A DNA stretch of 64,000 bases. Origin: Raillietiella orientalis. Its lineage: Eukaryota. The stretch lies in the NCBI GenBank assembly GCA_036172245.1, contig JAYWIR010000001.1:9114001-9178000 (forward strand). The letters are read 5' to 3'. Positions 22,951-38,300 of this stretch are shown here, piece after piece; positions within the stretch are counted from its first letter, which is position 1, and every line of letters begins with the position of its first letter. The notes under the pieces are model-generated. The model worked only from the letters and a program-made list of their open reading frames with translations. It did not search any database and was not told the DNA's origin. The position numbers and the translations under genes are program-made.

Positions 22951-25900
22951 GCTAGCTCGCAAGCGTTGCTGGAGTTTTCAGCTCCTGCAGGATGCTGTCG
23001 CTTTGGGGATCCCAGCATCGACCTCAATGATCCGAGAGAATCGCGCAAATTATCCTTTGGATTCCTGAGAAGAAAAGGAAAAGCACATGCTCACAATACC
23101 TCGTCCCTTTCCGTCGCACTCTACCTTGGAAGCTGCAAGTGTGCTCCGAAGTGGATGAAGCGGTTCTCTTCTTTTTTGAGAACCGAGGTCGATCCGTAGT
23201 GAAGACTTCACCTTGAACACCCTTTGATTGCTAATCAGCATTTCTCCCGCATCCCCTTCTCGATGTGATGGATCAAAGACGTCGTCGAAACTGCCCCCCG
23301 CGTAATGATTTAAGGTGCATTTCAGGTATTGACTGCAAGATCCCATCCACTGCCTGCTTCCTGGCTGGCTCTTGCACAGACAAGAGATTGAGGCGTGTGG
23401 TTTGCATTTACCAATTCGTTGAGTTCCACAAGAGCTAGAGGCATCGTCAGTGAGAACTGAGATCTGCAGCTGGATCTCAGCACTCTGAATGGGAGGTCTT
23501 ATACGCGGCATTTTGGAAAGTTGCGTTGAGGAATCCATTCGAAGAGAGAGAAAAGAGACTCGTTCGCTTCAGGACTCCTTGGTACTAGTAGGAAGGTTCC
23601 GAGAAATCAACCTGAGTCCTCTGCTGTTTCTAATTTGTGCTCAGCAATTCGTAGATTGAGGTTGTGCATTAAAGAAAAGACAATTTCGCAGCAATCAAAT
23701 CTCTCTCCAGTACGGAGAGCAAAAAATCAGGTGATGACGGAAGGCCAAATTGAGAGGCGAGATTACGCACAGTTCCGGTTGACGAAGAAGTTCAAGAGGC
23801 AAAGTCGAATTCCCGGCTTCCACCCCTCCCTCTGCAAATGACGACCGCAAGGCCATCGGCGACTCAGTGGCACTTAACGAGAGAAATGAGTCCGTTTGCA
23901 TTATCGGAAATCCCCTGGGTAATGTTAGGCACACTTCCTCGAAGTGCGCGCCGCCATCCTCTCCGAATTTACGATCTCCAAACTCCTCTATGATCTTCGA
24001 TGAAATCCTTCTGACTGTGCTGTCGGAGTTTCGACTTTTCCGGAGACGAGAGCTATCCTTGGACAATATGAATTCTCTTTCCTATTTTCTGAGGATGCAG
24101 GCCCCATGAACAGCGGTAGGAAAGATCAACATGGAGCCGTCGAAGTGAGTCACTGCATCCTCTGAGACAGTTGCAAGCCGTCACCGTTTTACTGGAGCAA
24201 ATCAGGGGAACGAAACCTGCGATTCAGCGAAGGCATTCTTCATGAGTGTCTCGTTTCCAGGGTGCACTGAGGAAGGAGAGAGAAGGAAAAGGGAAGGAGG
24301 TAAGAGAACGTGCCTAATCCAGAACGTTCCGTAGGAGGAAATTGCAAAACCAGCAAGCGTTCCTTTGTTCTTCATCTTCGGATAAGGCCATTTCGATCCA
24401 TCAAGGAGCATGCATGGGAAGCGGATCTTGGAGCATGCGCAGTCTCTCAGGAACTCTCGTGAACATCCACGGCTCTTTATCAACTGTTTTCGCATTTCAA
24501 GTTGCGCATATCTCAAGTTGTGCCCAACTGACATTTATCGCGACGAGAAGTTTGACATATCGGCTGCGTTTGTAGAAGTCCTGCGTGTTCGAACACTCAG
24601 GACGCAGGCAAGACAGCGAACATATTGAAAGGCCGGTCCGCGAAAAAGAAGGCAGTCGGAAGAAGACATCAGCTGCAAGATTGAGGATGAAAACACGTTC
24701 GAAGCAGGAACGTCGACGTTTTTAGGACTCTTTGCTTGAAAAAAAAAAAAAAAACTTGAGGATTCTTACGAAGGATGGCAACAGCTGCTGGACGTTTACT
24801 TGAGATTTTTTTTTCGGTATAAATCAAAACCTGGAAAACTTCCGACTGCTTAAAAAAAGAAAAGATTCTCTGCTGATCATTATCGTAAGTGATAATCTCC
24901 ATTCGTTGGTCTGAATGCTCTGCCGCTGGCGCCGTCGCCTAGCCGACGCTTTCGCACTTCTTTCATCCACCGAACTGCAGAGGCGGGCTGCAGGCGATTC
25001 TTCACTCGTGATGGTTCAGGCAAGAATCCAAGCTGATAATACCGCCATCTTAGTCCCCTCTGTGGCTGGAATCTTTGGCAGCTCCGTCATTGGCTGAAAG
25101 TGGTCCCTTCGCAGTCATGCGGAAAGAAAAGATGTTGTTGTTCATCCCAGATGACCTCTGTTACGTGGTTTTCGATCTAATGGGAAGAAGAAAACGACCA
25201 TTGTTCCGCAAAGCTGCCCCGGGATTCGAGTGAGGATGAGGAGATACTGAACCTCGGGGCAGTCCGATCTCTGTAAAACTGTGGCGACACAGATGTGGTA
25301 GCGTCCAGTGCTCCATCACGGACGTCTGGAAAAGAATGCCTCAGGGGGAGTGCGTTCAACGGGAAAGTTCGAAAGGCAGAGAGAGGTTCAGGAAGACGCG
25401 CTGCGCTGCGCTTCTTTCTTTCCGTTTCTCTTCGCTTCGTTTCAGGAGACTTCGGGAAATTCGAATCAATCCCAGAGAGAGCTGACGAACGGGTTCGCGA
25501 ATCGCCATTAGTGAACATTCGTTTTTCAGGGAAGACCGATCAGTTTTCTGGATCACAGAGAGCTGAAACGAATCCAACGGCTGGGATGACTCGAAGGAGC
25601 AAACGAAGCAACGACATGGATACGAAGATTTATTTTTTTTCTGTTTTCTAGCACAGCAAAAAAAAAAAATCTGCTCTGGAACGGAGGAGGAAAACGAAAT
25701 CCCTGACCCTTTTTTCTTTTTTTCCGTCCAAGAAAAAGGAAAAGGAAGATGGCAAAAACCAATTAGCAAACTTCCACGGAACCCTCATGTAGCAAATCTC
25801 ATGCGATCAATAAGGACGGTCTTTGTACTCATCATTGTATTCTGTAAGAGGGATATGTGGCTCTCCGTTTGCTCCTGGGAAGGATGTTCGATAGTCCGCA

Positions 25901-26130
25901 TCGCAGGCATGCGCCCACGTTCCCTCTGCGGGCAGCACTCTTGACGCTTTGATGAATGGTGCGCGTGCCTTCCGGAGACAGTGGGTTTGCAGCGCTCCTG
26001 AATTCGGGAGCGGAACTTGTGCTTCCCTGATTTCGTGCGCTCCGTGCATGGCTTGGTCGCCGGAGGCCAAGTCCCCACCTCCTCCGAATTCTCCAGAGTA
26101 GCACCCCGTGTCCACGGTTCCCCGGGAAGA

Positions 26131-26328
26131 ATGCTCTGCGGCGCTTCCGGCGCGTCGCTCTACGTGGTGCTGGCGACCATCGTCCTCGCTAGAGGGAGGC
26201 ACCACGACTCGAAGGCGCTGTACGATCATCTCTTGATGAAATACAACAAGAACGTGCGCCCGGTCAGGAACTCCTCGGATGTGGTCGTTGTGAAGATGAA
26301 ACTGCGCCTCAGCCAACTCATCGATGTG
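26131..26328 (+). CDS. nAChRalpha4: nAChR alpha exon 1 (signal peptide + N-terminal helix)
   Basis: [22 protein letters not shown]...[41 protein letters not shown], then donor gtaagc (phase 0). The start ATG is inferred from the hydrophobic leader. Confidence 0.9.
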
Positions 26329-29300
26329 GTAAGCGAGTCGCCCAGCTCCTCGGGAAAACTCGGGGAGCGCGGAAACCCGCTCACCAAGTTCGAGCGGAAA
26401 CTCCCCGGGAGACGCCCTTCCCGTTCTTCCGACACTTGACCTTTTCGCCTCAGGGGGAGAGAGACAGAGAGCTCTTTCTTTCCCTGCACGTCGCTCCTCC
26501 TGTAGAAACTGTTCCTTGGAAAGCGTCGCCGTAAGGGACGTCGTCGGCAAACGGGGGTCGTCAGCGGACCTCCCCGGAACCCGCGGACGGGGAGATGTGA
26601 GGCGGAAAAACCGCGGAAGTTCTCCTTGCACAACGACGACGCGTTCGGCTGGCGGATGCAAATGGGAGGACCGCTTCACGTCCCGGCCTGTCTTCTCAGA
26701 GATCCGCTCCGAAGACACATCCTGCGCTTGCCATCCTGCAGGATCTTCCCCGCGCGAACCTCCCCCCCCTCCCCATGTGAACGGACGGAGGAACGAGAAC
26801 GCGAGCGCCTACTGCGAGCCTGCCCGGGAAGCTTCGTGTAACCGCGTCGATCCGTGTTGTCGTGGATACGCCGTGGCTACGCGTGGCATTTCAAAGAGTA
26901 CACACAGCCCTCGCTGCTTCTCTCTGTACCGTACTCGTCGTTCTTTGAGCTCAGCTGAGGTTTTTCCAAAACTCATCTGCCTAAGTCATGAGAATCATAA
27001 AATGGCAGCATCCGCACCGACTCACGGGCCGAAGGTGGGTTCCCCGTGCAAAAAAGCACCACACGCGCGTGCTACTTTCGAACACTTTCCTCGCGCGCTG
27101 CCTCGCTGTTGCGCGCGGAGCGCACGCATCTTTGAGCTTCTGTGCTTTCTGGTTTCGTTGCGCCGTTTGCGATCCGGCTGCTTGGTCTGCTCGAGCAGGG
27201 AACTCTTTGCCGAGTTCGAGGACGTCATCCAGAACTTCCCGTGAAACTGCTCCCTCTGGATCGAATCCTTCGATTCGCGGAAAGATCTGGAAAAAAAAAA
27301 AAAAAAACGAAGCGAGATATCCCCGGATGAATTCGCCGGAAATGGAAGTCCGGTTGCGCTGCCCGTCTCCTCGAATCCCTGTTTCCACTTTCTCTCGTTG
27401 TCTGCCCCCAACCGAGAGCTATGTTTTCGGTTCATTCTGTGCATCCAAGCCTCTCATCAATGTTGTGAAGGTCCATTTGCAGGGCGCGTACCCTCCCTTC
27501 ACTTCCTAGCCCCTTTGTTCCGAGGTTCCTGAAGATTACATCTTCGGGAAAACGGAGTGGATTTTCAACTGAGAAGGCCGGGGGCTCTGGATCTGACCGG
27601 AAGCAAACAGGAAATTCCAAGGTCTTGTAGTCTTGTACGTGGCCATCCTTTTGGCCCGAATGATTCATCCCTGTGAGAGCATGCCTGTGAAAGGTGCCCA
27701 GGTGTTTTTTTCTCTCCTGAACCACCCTAAGCCCTGAACATGATGCTGGATGCTCCATAGTAGCAAGATGGGTCCTCCGATCGCAGGATGTGTAGCAGGG
27801 AATAGCAGCGTGCCGGAACGTCCGACAATAAGGGAAAGTGTAGCGCGAAGAGTGTACGGGAGATGACGCAAGAGCTGCAACGCGTACGTCTGTTGCGAAG
27901 AACAGTGTCACTGCATTTCCACGAGCTGTGTCATTTTCCAAGTGACCTCTGTCCAGTTCGTGTTCCAGGGTCAAAAAGGCCCCATCTCTTTTCGGGTCTG
28001 CGATGGGAATTTTCAGCTGCTAACCGGAAAAGTTCCTCTTCCGCATCATCATGCACTTCGTGAGATCCGCAGCCCAGCTCCTCATTTTGGCTTTCATAAC
28101 GCAGGAAGTGGAGAGTGGGGTGGAGCGAGATTGAACACGGTGCTTCACGGGATTGTGTCGTTCGGCTGTGCACCCTTGACTGGACGTCGGAAGGAAGCTA
28201 GGCACAGGAGCGACCGACTAGCTGGAAGCACTTCTCCATGGAGTTCGCCCCTCGGTTCGATTCGAACCCCTTCTTGGAAAGGGAGCAGTCATCTGCCTTC
28301 CCGGCCGCCGGAGAATTCATGCCGAAAGGCAAAATCTTCGAACCCCTCGATCGTGTACACTCAGTGTCTTTTGTACGGAACGCTGACGTTCCCAAAGTCG
28401 GTTGATTCTATGGTTGATTTTCTAGGGCACTTCTAGGAATCAAGGAACCGGTTTCCTTCGGAGTTTCGCTTCAGTTGTGAAAATGTAGCCGTACCATGAG
28501 GCTGGTTGGTACTTCTCTCGAGGACTGGTTGCTTCTCCAGAGTGTCAGAAGCGCGCCGCTTTTTTCGGGAAGCGCCATTAAGAAAAATTGGGAAGCGTCC
28601 CTTCGGGATTCTCTTCAGAGGAGCAAACAAGGAGTGGGGAAGAAATTCCATGGGCAGGTTCCCTTCGGAGAAGAAGTGGGGGGATTTCCCTCCATGGGGT
28701 ACCTCCGGAGAGAACAAGGAAGAGGTTCCCTTCGAGGTCCCCTAAGCGTAAGAGGAACAAATTCCCTCTTCCAGAGCTTTCCTGGATTCATAGAGTGGCC
28801 CCTCCGGGGTTACCTCCTACAACTTGAAGGGTTGCACGCGCCTTCAGGTGCCCCGAACAACGTTCAAGAGCTTTGCAAGTCCCCCACCCCTCCGCTTCCT
28901 GAAGAGGCGAATGGTTCTTCAGCCTCTTGAATCGGCTCCTTGATTCCTGGAAGTACCCCGGAGGATCAAAAAAAGGGAAGAAAAAGCTGGGAGGAAAGCA
29001 GCGAAAGGAAAAAACCCAAAAGGATTATTTCCTTCGTTCATCACTGACAGTGATTGACGAAGAGGAAAGAATGGTGCCGGGCACGCTTCACGCCTCCTGC
29101 GCAGTTTCCCGTTCCTCACTTGAATCTGCTATCGGCGGCTCCCAACCGGGACGGAGGTCACTTCCCGAGAAGGATGACACCTTCTGCAGCCGCCGAGCTG
29201 CACGTTCCAACGAACGCTCCTTCGGTTTTGCGCCTCCTCCAGCCCATGGAGAGGCACTCGAGATGAGGAACCGAATTCGCTCGAAACTTCAGCGCAAGTC

Positions 29301-32300
29301 CGGAAGGATCCTCCGAAACCTTCCCTCCCGCTCTTGTCTTCTGCCTTGGCCGCCGGGAAACTTTTTTCCCCCTCGTGTTGTTCCTCCTTCCTCCCCACTG
29401 GAGGACGCCGCTTACCGCAAGGGGAGCTCCACAAGCGGCCGACCCGCCCTTGCGCTGCCCCCCGCTGTATTTCCTCAACTCACAGGCGCCTGTGCATCGA
29501 AGCTTTCCTCCGCGGAAGTTCAGGGTGACTCGGGGATCGTCAGGAAGCCGGCCACTCGCCGTGGTCAAAGGAAACCCCCGGTCCAGGACGGCAGCACCGT
29601 GCGGCAGCTGAGCGGTCGGTCTCTTTCCGGGTCAGCTTGGCATGGATCCCCGGTCACGGATTTGCAATCTGTGAAAGAAAAGTGTCAAGACTCACCCACG
29701 GGCGCGCACCACCTTCCTCGCCTCGGCTGCCTACCTAAGATAAGTGAAAGGGCACCACGACGATACGTCGGTCGTGCTGCGGGGAACCTGCATTTCTTTC
29801 GCGTTTCCCCTTCGTGCATGCACAATTTTGGAGCCCTGCATCAGAGACCTTCCCCATCCGTCGCTTGGCTGTCATCTTTGTTTACTCGGTCCTGGATTGT
29901 CTATCCATCACGTGTTTGCGTTTCCTCTTAGGCGGAAGGGAGCACTTGAGGGGTACAGCGATCTCCCACTCAAGCTGGAAAAAAATATATACCTGATCCC
30001 AGTCGGCGGATCAAAAAGTCCAGGGCTGATGCGTGGGTTTTCACCCATCGTGAACGACTTTCTGTTTACCGCCGAGTTCTCCTGGTAGGTCTGCTCCTCC
30101 AGCTGTCTTTACAGAGCGAACTCGCTCCAGGGCAAGCGCGGCCTGTGTTTTTTGCGCCGAGCGACGACAGAGACGGCATCAGTCCACTCGCTCTGTCATG
30201 AGATGCATCTTCCACGAGACGTAGGGTTTCCTTTTTGATTCAAAGGCGGAAGACCTCTGGGAAGTTCTCATCCGTGTAAGGACGGGAATCAGAGCCCACC
30301 TTCTTGGCTCACGTTCGCTTGTTGCTCCGGTTGTGGGGGTGGCCAAGGTCCCCTCTGGCCGGTCGACGGCTCGCAGCTACCCTTTCCTACTTGCCGAAAA
30401 GACCCAGCTCCTGTGGCTAGGAAGGTCGTGGAAATGGACGATGGCTTAGCGAGGTGTCGATATGGCTGGGGCGATTCCGGTGGGTCCCTCCAAAGGAGAA
30501 TGAGAAAGTGAATCCTAAGAATGGGGGACATCGGAAGACACTGTTGATCCGAGGGGGAGCTGCCTACTCATCGAAACATGTGGGGCTGGTGGCGACTGTG
30601 GTGGATGGGTGAAGTAAAGAATCCTTGTGGGTATCTCTGTCTAATCTTACGTGGGCCTATGCCACGACTTCTAAAAGACCGATGGTGACTTCGGCACAGA
30701 TCGCGCCTAGGGCAGCAAGGGTTCCCTTTTTTCGCTTCTTTGGAAAGGATGGTGCGTGATGAAAACAAAGACTGAAATTTTCGCCTCTCCAGACAGAAAT
30801 GGCAAGGATGCAAAAGACCTTGGTCCCCTCGCGAAGATTTTCATGAAGCAAAGAAAGTACCAGCCCGAAGATGAAATCATTTGGAAACCGGATTTCAACA
30901 AATGCACGCGGTCAGCTGCAATCAGCCGTGGAAGGGTGGCAAACTATCTTGATCTGCACCTCTCTAAGGAGAATTGAAAGCTCACTTTCCAGAAGATGCC
31001 AAACTCTTAGATTCATTCTGGCACACATTCGTGGGCGTCCATCTCAAGTGGATGACAAGATACGAAACGTTCTCATCGATCAGCCCCTCCTCGGGGAACG
31101 AGTCGCTGGGAAGTGGTTGATCCGATGAAGGAGCCGGTAATGCGGCGGTGGACTGCTAGAGAACTACGAGGATGAGTCTCGGTTCTACAGGTACCTCGAG
31201 TCCCACGCCAGACTTTCATGCAGAAGAGCATGAAAGCTTCAAGACCGCGGTTTAGTGGAACCACATCCTCACCGGGAATGCTGGAACGAGCAAGTTCGAG
31301 CTCTGCAATGCGTGCCATGCTCACCAAGGGCTGAGAGGTTGCAAGGAATTCCCAGGACAAGACCGGGAATTCTCCTCCTTGGAACGATAAGATTGCATGT
31401 GCAGGATAGGTATCTTCACATCCGAATGACGAGTTTCGGATGTCTACCTTCAGATACCACACCACGATGTAGCACCGAAGAGTTTCCTCCTTCAGGTGTC
31501 ACACTTGGATGCCGCTTCAGTCTTCAGCATTTGCCTGCAGCTTAGGAAGACGCCTGAAGAATGAGACAATCCCTTACTATACAGTCCTCTCAGAACTCAG
31601 CTGGAGAATGCACTGGCGCATTCTATGGGAAGTTCAGAATCCTGGAACAATCAGGACCTCAGGGTGTCAGAACAATCAAAGCAGGCGTTGGAACAGAACC
31701 GGATCTCCTCCTCCTCCTCCTCCTGTGGGATCAGAGGAAGACGAATTGAAGTTTCGGCGTGGTAGTAATGAGAGTGTGATAGTGGCTTCTTCGAGGACTG
31801 GTCATGGAGAGCCGGACTTCGCCGCCTCTTCCTGTCGAGCGGAATGACCGAAGCTTTGCACGGAAATGGTCGGAGGAGGGCACACTTTTCATCAAGGTGG
31901 ATTCGACCGCGGCGGTAGGGACCTCGGGTAGGGAGGAGAAAAAAAATAATAAGATGACCCAACGACTGTGGTGACCAGGACCGAAAGCGCCCTAGGAACC
32001 CGGAGGTCAGGACGTGCCTATGAGGAAGGGAAAGCGACCCCATCCGCCGAGCGGCATCTCATCTCACGCTCATAGCCGTGTGCTCAAGAGCGCGACAGCC
32101 TCCACCAGCAGGAGGTTGTTGCCATCGACACCTAAAACACGCACGCATCGAGGAGACATCAGGATGAAGCAGAAAGAGACTCCTTTTGCTTGGACGGAGA
32201 GCCCCTCCGGGAATTTCCAGATCGCCACTTCCGAGTTTTCCCGACGCTCGATGGATCGAGAGTTCGGTCCGCTGCTGCTGGGATTCTGCGAGCTCCTCGC

Positions 32301-35300
32301 GTGAGAGAGCTGCTAGGATGTCGCTTCCGGAACGTATCGCTCGTTTTGTCTCGAGGCAGTTATGCGATTGGCAGCTGACAGATTCTTGCATCCCGGGATC
32401 TCGGGAGCAGATCAAGGCAAGCCCTCCAGAATTGACCCGATATAATTCGACGCCATCTTCATTCCCAAATGGCAAATGATGCTCCTCCCATCGCCAGTGC
32501 CCCACGCAAACTTTTCAGAACCCGCTGGAGAGCGTAACTTTCAGCGTGCCTCGTGGGTCCTCCTCCGTTGGACCAGTCCGTGCAACCCTTCACAGAGGGT
32601 GCAGATCACGGAAATGCCGTGGGACGGAGGAGGTTCGCGATGGAACCGCCAGCTGGTAATAGAAAGAGCAAAAGATGAGGATGATGCATTTGGTCTCTCG
32701 GAAACTGCTCCTCTTTGCTCTCCCTCGCCTCACTGTTCGGCTTTTGGTGCCAGGCGGTTTCCTCGTGACTCCGCTGATCTTCAAGGTAACGAATCTCAGC
32801 CGTGGATTTCCAGCGAGAGCGAGGATTTCCTCTGGGGGAGCTCCTTGTACATTTCAGTGATGGAAATCCTGATGATATTCGCTCTCAGAGCCTCTGGCAG
32901 CCGTTGCTAAGCAACCTCGCCCGTCCCGAAGGCCGCGTTGCACGAAGGATCCGCTTCACACCGGATACAGAATTCGCTTTTCGCGATTTTTTAGCTGCAG
33001 GTCTCCATAACTACGTACTCCAACCGAGAAACTGCAATACCAGACAAGGGGCCCTTCATGTGCTGTTCATGAACCGCAGCCCTTGGCCGCAGAGACAGAC
33101 CATGGGCTCCCCTTAAATCCTCACAAAATGCTTCGGCTTCCGCGAGGATGGGAGAGCCCTCGAGTTGGCCATCGGGTCACGTCGACCCTTAGACCTCGAA
33201 GTCCACTGGAAATTCAGCGCGCTTCCGCTTCGATGTCCCCTCTCACCCGTGCTGCGGGCTTGGATGACGGCGCCACGTGATGAACGATGCACGAGCAGCC
33301 CACGTGTTTCCCTCATAGCGCGACCAGACTGTCGATGGGTGGACACCCTTCCTTACCTTCCTTTGCGGCTGCCATCCACGTGGCTCGAACCGTTTCCAAG
33401 GGCTGCAAGCCGCTGCCGAGTTCGCTCCTAGCAAACCCGTTCCTGCCCTGAGAACTGATTCTTGAGTCATGACTTGGACAGGTGCTCTTTGGACCCCACT
33501 CTACGTGAGTCCTCCGACGAGCTCTTTCCGAGTTCCTCTTCAGCATCTCGTCTCTTCTTAACGGCTGTCAGCGAGCGGTGCTCCTCGCTTCAGATCACGA
33601 GTCTTCCATCTTTTTCGAGTTTGGATTTCTTATCTGCCGTACCAATCGTTCGCTCTTCACCACGGGATACTCACTTTCGTGTACTTCGCACCTGCCCGTG
33701 TTGGCGGTGCGAGCCCGAATACCCCCATAAGGATCTACGCCCAGGTGCTCGCGACGTGGTTTTCGAGTCTCCGCCTGAGATGGCTCCGACTTCGGGTGCT
33801 CATCGTCAGGACGCTCCCGTTGCCCGTCGACTAGGAGCCGGGAACTGGAAGTGACCCCTTTGGGGTGACCTTTTCTCCGCTTCGCGCGCGCCTTGGACGG
33901 CTGCGTGACCGTGCGAGTCCCCACGTGGCGGCGCTGTCGAGTCTCTCCGATGCCCCTACCGAGTGAAGCAGCGGGTTTGGAGGATTTGGGAGCCAAAAAA
34001 TTATAATAATAACTGCAAGGACATCGACAACAATAAATGTGGTTCATCATCTTTTTTGCTTTCTGATTTCTCTTTTGCTGGACCAATCGCTCCTTTGCCA
34101 GCACAGGACTCTCACTTCACGCACTCCCCGTGAGGGCTTCAACCATTCCTTGTACATGAATTTCAACCTCCCCCATACCTTCGTCCGCATAGCCTGCACA
34201 CTCTGATTTGTTTCGACCTTTGTACAACTTTATGAATACCTACCTATATCCACGTGAAAAACTTTATATACAGTGACCTTTATACAACCTGTAGTCATGC
34301 ACGAGAATGTATGCAGATGTAGAAATAAGAGCGGAAAACGGAGGTCCGAACTCGCGCCAAACTTCGTCTAAGGATCACCGGCAAAGTGAACACTGCAGCT
34401 TAGGGACAGTTTCTGTTAATGATGGTAGTCCGGTGGTTTGCTAGCTCGCGGAAGAACGCGTCTGGAAACTTCCGCTTCTCAGCCAGTCATTAAATGACTG
34501 TTGGAATCCTTGAAAGGGATACGCGGAAGTGCGTTCCCATGAAACAGCGAACCTCGTCGCACAGGCTCTGTACGAGTGGTCCACTGATCGCGATTCATGT
34601 CATCCGTTTGACTCCAAGACGAAGACATTTCGCTTTGCTTTGCTGAAGAAAGTAGCACGAAAATACCTGTCGGATACGCGGCTTCGGATGCAGGGAAGTG
34701 TCGTGCTCATTAGAGATTTCGATGAGCTGTATATTCGGTCCAGTGGAAGCAACCTCGGATCTCTAGCGACGATCGAAAGTCCCTGTTTATTCGTAAAAAA
34801 ACATCCGGGAGTCCTGGATGGCTTGAAAGATTCAGCCTGCCGCTACAAGAGAGACACTCTGGATGCCAGATAGGTCTTCCCACCCTCAAGGATGCTTGTA
34901 TTGGCAGTTTTGACAATCGATCTGAGCCTATAAAGCTCTCTGTCGGCAGAAGAGTTGAGTCAGTGGAGGCTTTTCGTCCTCAAGAGTAGGCAGAAGAACA
35001 CATTCACGGTTTCCCGGAAAAGACTTCCGCTTGGAAGAGGATGTTTGCAAGGGAACCGACTCAACGTGAGTTGATTCTCGGAGTGCGTCCTCGGAGCTTG
35101 CAGCTGCGCCGATTCTCATCAGCTCCTTGGTTCCCCTGCTGATTTATGTGTGTTGTGATTGTAAGACGGACTCCTCGATGTGTCTTTCTCACAATCTTCT
35201 TTTCCAGAACCTCAAGAACCAGATAATGACGACCAATGTTTGGGTTGAGCAGGTAAGCAGATTCCAATTCACGTTGAGTTTCGAGTCGGCGTAAAAGGCA

Positions 35301-38300
35301 ACAGCAGAAAGATAAACCTGAACCAATGTGGTAGATTTGGCTTTCCTCGGTCACCATCTGGAGGAAGAAAGTAGGGTTGAAGAGGAAACACAGATAGCAA
35401 AACTCGGGCTTTTCCCCATATGCATCACACAGGCCATACTTTCAAGATGGCATGACACAGGCGGTTTCTGAAAGAGAACCTGAAACGGTGAAGGATTGGA
35501 AAGCGAGAGACAAACACCCAATGGTAGGATCATGTTCCTTAAAAAGCCTTAAGAACATGACTCAGGCATGTGAATAATTAATCGTATAGCAGTGACCGGC
35601 GCCAAATGCCTGAACAGAAATCATTTGTCAGTAATGGGGAGATCTTCCTCAAACTACTTGAGAAATTGCAATTTAGCTTCGATGTGCTGCGCTCAGCTCC
35701 AACACCAACCAGAAAAGTTCCATTCCGGAAATTCAAAGTTGATTCAGAGGACTTCATATCCAGTGGCAGATTCTGAAAGATCGAGTTCTTTTTACAAGTC
35801 GGGGTACCAGTTTTGTTTGGGGCTGCTGCCTCGCAAACCGGCTGCACATGTTGAAAGACTGCCACAGGCAATCAGAGCAACGGGAGTGCGCGTTCCCGGA
35901 AGTCGACTCGATCTAGAGACTCGCAAATGTAAGCAACATTCAGGCTTTTGATCTCTAGAAAGCTCCTGCCGGTCGCATGTTGTAATTTGAGGCTTCTGAC
36001 TCAAAACTCAGTTGATAGTATATCTTCTAGCAGTATATCTTCTTAGGTAACCTCCGATGAGTTACATTAGGAGTCTTAGTGATATTGCTAGGCATTTCGC
36101 TATCCTGGACAGCACCATTTTCGTGTACCGTTTGCTAGAACCAACATCACAGCATGTCATGCAGTTCTGCAATGCGTCCCAGGAAGAAATGAAGATGGCA
36201 AAACGAAGATGTTCGCTTTTAGGTGCCTTTCTTTTGGAAAAAGTTATGACTCTAAAGTGGCGGGTCTCAATGATTTATCAAACTCTCCATTCTCCTTCTC
36301 TGCTTTGATATGCAGTTCCATTTGTTTTTTATGTCTTTGCTCCGCTGAATTCCCTACGGATGTCTCTGGATGATCGTAGGCTTTAGTTCTTCCAGAGGAA
36401 GCAAAATGCACTCTTTCTTCGTCCATTCTATCCACTTGCATTCTCCTGGAGGATCATAAACCTCCATGACTGCCACCTCAGTCCATCGGGAAACCATATG
36501 TCCTTGATCCCAGGCTCCCGACGCATTTCCTGTCCACTCAGGATATCCAGGTACATTTCGTCGGTCCAACTCTTAAGACTGAAATAAGCAGTGCACTTCT
36601 GCACGGCTGGAAGCTGACTGCACTCCCAATTTAGAACAGTTGAATACCTTATGATAATCTAACCATTTATTTATTCTTCGTTCCCCATTAGTTCCTGTTC
36701 TGCATGAAGAGACTGTGGATCATGTCGAATGGGAGCAACAGTCCCCAAAGGGAACTGCTGACCATCCTCCTGTTTACGATCAGAAGCAAATCCTGATTCC
36801 TCGCACATGAATCGGAAACCTACGTGGATCTTCCTGTGTGCATCACCGATGTGCAGGTTTTAGTTCGAGAAGCCGCATTTGGATCCGGGAACGGCTGATC
36901 GATGGAAGACGTTTCGGCACCAGAATCCATGACCCAGTGCAAAAATCTGGAGCATCATCCGCAATATCTTACGCGCGCACAGCGAAACAACACGGAGTGT
37001 ATCATCGCCTTGTAGCTGCTGCGCGACTTGCATTTGGGAATGCACGGAGATTAAGACACTTGCGAGACTTCTTGCAAGAGGATGGGATATACATCTTGCA
37101 GCTCTAGTGAGACTGCGGTGGAGCGGCTTTGCGGATCGCGCAGGAAGGTTTTCCTGTTCAGACATAGGGCACAAGAGCCCTTTGCAGTCTTGAGGCTCTC
37201 GAGAACCCTTACTCACTGACTGCCTTATTGCTTCCCGTTTCATGTCCTGACAGATTAGTTCGCACCAGGCACTCTATTATGCGGTATTCCTGCCCGTTGA
37301 CCTCACTTCATGCTCCACACAGCGTGCTTCCCGTCGCACTGACTTCGCTTTGAGAGGCAAGCAGCACAGCAAGCACTCCATCTATTAACAAAAGAAGAAA
37401 AAAACAAAAGTTCAGTGTGTTCCCACCATCCTCTTCCAGGACCACAAGCATTCAGTGGTGTTCCAGCCGCATTATTCCCTGTACACCTTGTGGTTTCTTC
37501 CTGAAGCAGGAACTTGGACGCGAGCTTGTTTTCGGATTGCGAGTTCCAAGATTCATCCCAGTAGCGAATCCTTACGAATAGGTCCGGAAGAGATTAGATA
37601 AGCATGATATTGAACGCGGTGGGGGCTCATTATCTTTGCGGAACTCTTAATTGCAGGCTGGTCTTTAGCAATGCAAGGTGCATGCAATGCGTCCGTTTTC
37701 CATACCCTAAAGGAATTCTCATGTCTTGCTATTTGCCTCAACATCTGTACTGGTGTAACTCAAATAAATAAAACTTCATGGTTGTTCACTGGGATCCGTG
37801 ACCTGGGCAGTCACTATGATTTTGCAAGCTTCGAAGCATCCTTTGAATTCCTGAAAGCGATCCTGGTTTAGCTGGCGGTTTCTGGCGGGTAATTTTCTGT
37901 TGTCAAGGAAATTCAGCATCCGCTACCATAAGGGCAATAGAATAATACACTAGAACAGTATACCAGCAGGAGAAGCAGTGAGATCTCCAGAAACCTGAGA
38001 TGAAGTGAGAAATCATCAAGTGTTGACAGCACTGGGATTTTCTTAGAAGCAGGCAGAGCACATCAGAGAAGAAACCATGTTCTCGAACATGCAGTATCGC
38101 ATGGTCACGCATCGGAAACAGCACATGAGCCACCTCCTAGGATGGATAAACCTTCGAAGGCACAGGGTGAGCTGCAGAGAAGAAGGCCGTGAGAGCCACC
38201 TTCCTTCAGCATCAACACCATCAACAAATCTGGAATAAAATGCTCTTGAAATTCCATTACTTTTATTGGCAAGGAACTTTTATTAATGGGTTTCATGAAA

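Noticed and set aside
28927-29931. 334-aa ORF in intron 1
   Set aside because: TTG start, low-complexity composition, begins in a repeat tail, no recognisable domain.
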